From: Octopus sinensis
Lineage: Eukaryota
Direction of reading: 5' to 3'
Assembly (NCBI RefSeq): GCF_006345805.1
Contig: NW_021827909.1
Coordinates: 1 to 9,476 of the forward strand
Length of the DNA: 9,476 bases
The position numbers and the translations under genes were made by a program. This document shows positions 7,884-9,476 of the stretch, one piece after another. Within the stretch, counting starts at the first letter, position 1; each line of letters opens with the position of its first letter. The notes beneath the pieces were generated by a model that saw only the letters and a list, made by a program, of their open reading frames with translations, had not been told where the DNA came from and did no database searches.

Positions 7884-8285
7884 GGCGACGAGCTGGCAGA
7901 AACGTTAGCACGGCTGGCGAAATGCTCACCGGTATTGCGTCTGTCTTTACGTTCTGAGTTCAAATTCCGCCGAGGTCGACTTTGCCTTTCATCCTTTCGG
8001 GGTCGATTAAATAAGTACCAGTTACACACTGGGGTCTATATAATCGACTTAATCCGTTTGTCTGTCCTTGTTTGTCCTCTCTGTGTTTAGCCCCTTGTGG
8101 GTATTAAAGTAATAGGTATTTCGTCTGTCTTTACGTTCTGAGTTCAAATTCCACCGAAGCCGACTTTGCCATTCATCTTTTCGGGATCGATAAGTTAAGT
8201 ACCAGTTACGCGCTGGGGTCGATATAATCGACTACACCCAACTCCACCAAATTTCAGGCCTTATGCCTATAGAAGAAATGATTAT
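7884..8285 (+). mobile_element. tRNA-derived SINE, family B, dimeric (internal ~119-bp duplication, 184-bp period)
   Basis: A-box-like TGGCAGAAACGTTAG near 7894 and B-box GAGTTCAAATTCC at 7956-7968 and again at 8140-8152. Segment 7931-8049 is repeated at 8115-8233. Confidence 0.88.
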
Positions 8286-8339
8286 GTCTGGTCTTTTGTG
8301 CTTGCAGTTTATTGCAAGATTGACAAGGATGTTCCAGAA

Positions 8340-8560
8340 GTGGGTGGGTGGGTGACCCCCTTCGGCCATGACTGACCACGGAATTGCACCTACAAAGTTA
8401 GCTTCCGAGGCACAAGTCCGGGCAAGGTTGTTTATGGAAGACCAGCAGTCGCCCATGCATACCACCCTCCACTCTTCACACCACTGATGTTATCCAAGGG
8501 AGAGGTTAAGGGGCCGATAAAGCTGGGCCCCTGTGACATCACAACTCATTTCTATAGCTC
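8340..8560 (-). mobile_element. 5'-truncated SINE body, family C, with an (ACCC)n tail
   Basis: The minus strand ends ...TCATGGCCGAAGGGGGTC followed by (ACCC)3. The body (GGGCGACTGCTGGTCTTCCATAAACAACCTTGCCCGGACTTGTGCCTCGG) matches my recollection of an abundant octopus SINE. There is no second copy in the window to confirm it. Confidence 0.6.
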
Positions 8561-8766
8561 ATTGTATGCATTCCCAGATTACACACGCAAATTCACAGGT
8601 AAAATATGTATTTCAAAAATTAATAAATAAATAAATTCATGAATGGATGTTGTTTTCACAGCGATAATGCTCTTCTCAGTACATGAGTCGTTCCAGTTAA
8701 CACGATTTTTTGCACTTCCTGTAGGGATGGTAAACCTGGTATCATTTTCAAATAGGTTTCAGTAAT

Positions 8767-8800
8767 TTATTATCATCATCATCATTATTATTATTATTAA

Positions 8801-8839
<39 letters not shown>

Positions 8840-9006
8840 CATTATTATTATCATTATTATTATTATCATCATCATCATCATCATCTCATCATCATCATCA
8901 TCATCATTATTATTATATTATTATTTCATTATTATTATATATTATTATTATCATTATTATTATTATCATCATCATCATCATCATCATATCATCATCATCA
9001 TCATCA

Positions 9007-9059
<53 letters not shown>

Positions 9060-9060
9060 T
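8767..9060. repeat. ~295-bp (ATT/ATC)n microsatellite; reads (AAT/GAT)n downstream of the tRNA-like head on the minus strand
   Basis: Direct reading. Confidence 0.95.
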
Positions 9061-9134
9061 AGGTCACTGCATGGAATCGTACTCGAAATCTTGGGGTTAG
9101 TAACCCGCGGTCTTAACCACTACGCCATATGCCC
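9061..9134 (-). mobile_element. tRNA-derived SINE head (family D), not a functional tRNA
   Basis: Minus strand: GGGCATATGGCGTAGTGGTTAAGACCGCGGGTTACTAACCCCAAGATTTCGAGTACGATTCCATGCAGTGACCT. It has A-box TGGCGTAGTGG, a mutated B-box GAGTACGATTCC and an anticodon-like loop TTACTAA. The acceptor stem does not pair. Confidence 0.82.
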
Positions 9135-9174
9135 TGATGAAGGCTGGAGGGTATATCAACCGAAACGTTGTGTT
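9134..9174 (+). ncRNA. Hammerhead ribozyme core (minimal type I, Penelope-like), probably damaged in this copy
   Basis: CUGAUGA (9134-9140), then A, then helix II GGCUG/CAACC (4 of 5 pairs, 10-nt loop), then GAAAC (9162-9166) and GUU (9167-9169). AACGUU is palindromic. The helix I 5' strand is missing, replaced by the SINE head. Confidence 0.68.
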
Positions 9175-9263
9175 AACAACAAACACGATGAAGGCAAATC
9201 TCCGTCAGATGTAAATAAGGTAAATAATGTACATAATTTCTCATCTCTTAAATATAGAACTGT
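9134..9263 (+). mobile_element. Penelope-like pseudo-LTR/3'-end fragment carrying the hammerhead core
   Basis: The hammerhead core is followed by a short AT-rich tail (GTAAATAAGGTAAATAATGTA...AAATATAGAACTG). The Penelope link is inferred from the established association of minimal hammerheads with Penelope-like elements. The right boundary is approximate. Confidence 0.5.
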
Positions 9264-9476
9264 ACTCATACGTAGTCTTCGATGGGAGAGTCCATTATTC
9301 ATGAGGTCTGCTTCTTAATATTACGTCTTAAGATGGTGTCTGGAAAGAAATTTGCTTCGACATTTTTTTCATCGAGTTATTGTTTTTTATGTATTGCGCT
9401 TTTGATAGAAAACGCTTGTTTGATGGTTTTCGCCAGTAATTTCTATTGTTCTCACGTAAACTGCGGACCGTTTTAT

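Noticed and set aside
9061-9134. Functional tRNA gene
   Set aside because: The acceptor stem does not pair, the anticodon stem has only 3 bp and the B-box is mutated; it is treated as a SINE head.

Overview
Eukaryotic, repeat-saturated non-coding DNA (intron or intergenic). From memory, the repeat types resemble those of coleoid cephalopods, most likely Octopus; this is unverified without a search. No intact protein-coding gene is supported: the supplied ORFs mostly read through microsatellites or non-coding repeats. Contents: (1) a 5'-truncated R4/Dong-like non-LTR retrotransposon end on the minus strand, whose ~63-aa C-terminal remnant the ORF track missed; (2) copies of a ~535-bp unclassified (AAT)n-associated element ('family X'): one apparently full-length copy, two co-truncated tandem copies and one inverted composite; (3) a ~311-bp TA-flanked Tc1/mariner (pogo/Tigger-like) MITE; (4) several tRNA-derived SINEs (my labels A-D), including a tail-to-tail inverted pair, a dimer and an A/B chimera; (5) a hammerhead-ribozyme core of the minimal type described in Penelope-like elements, abutting an inverted tRNA-like head; (6) long compound microsatellites. 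All alignments and identities were estimated by eye.
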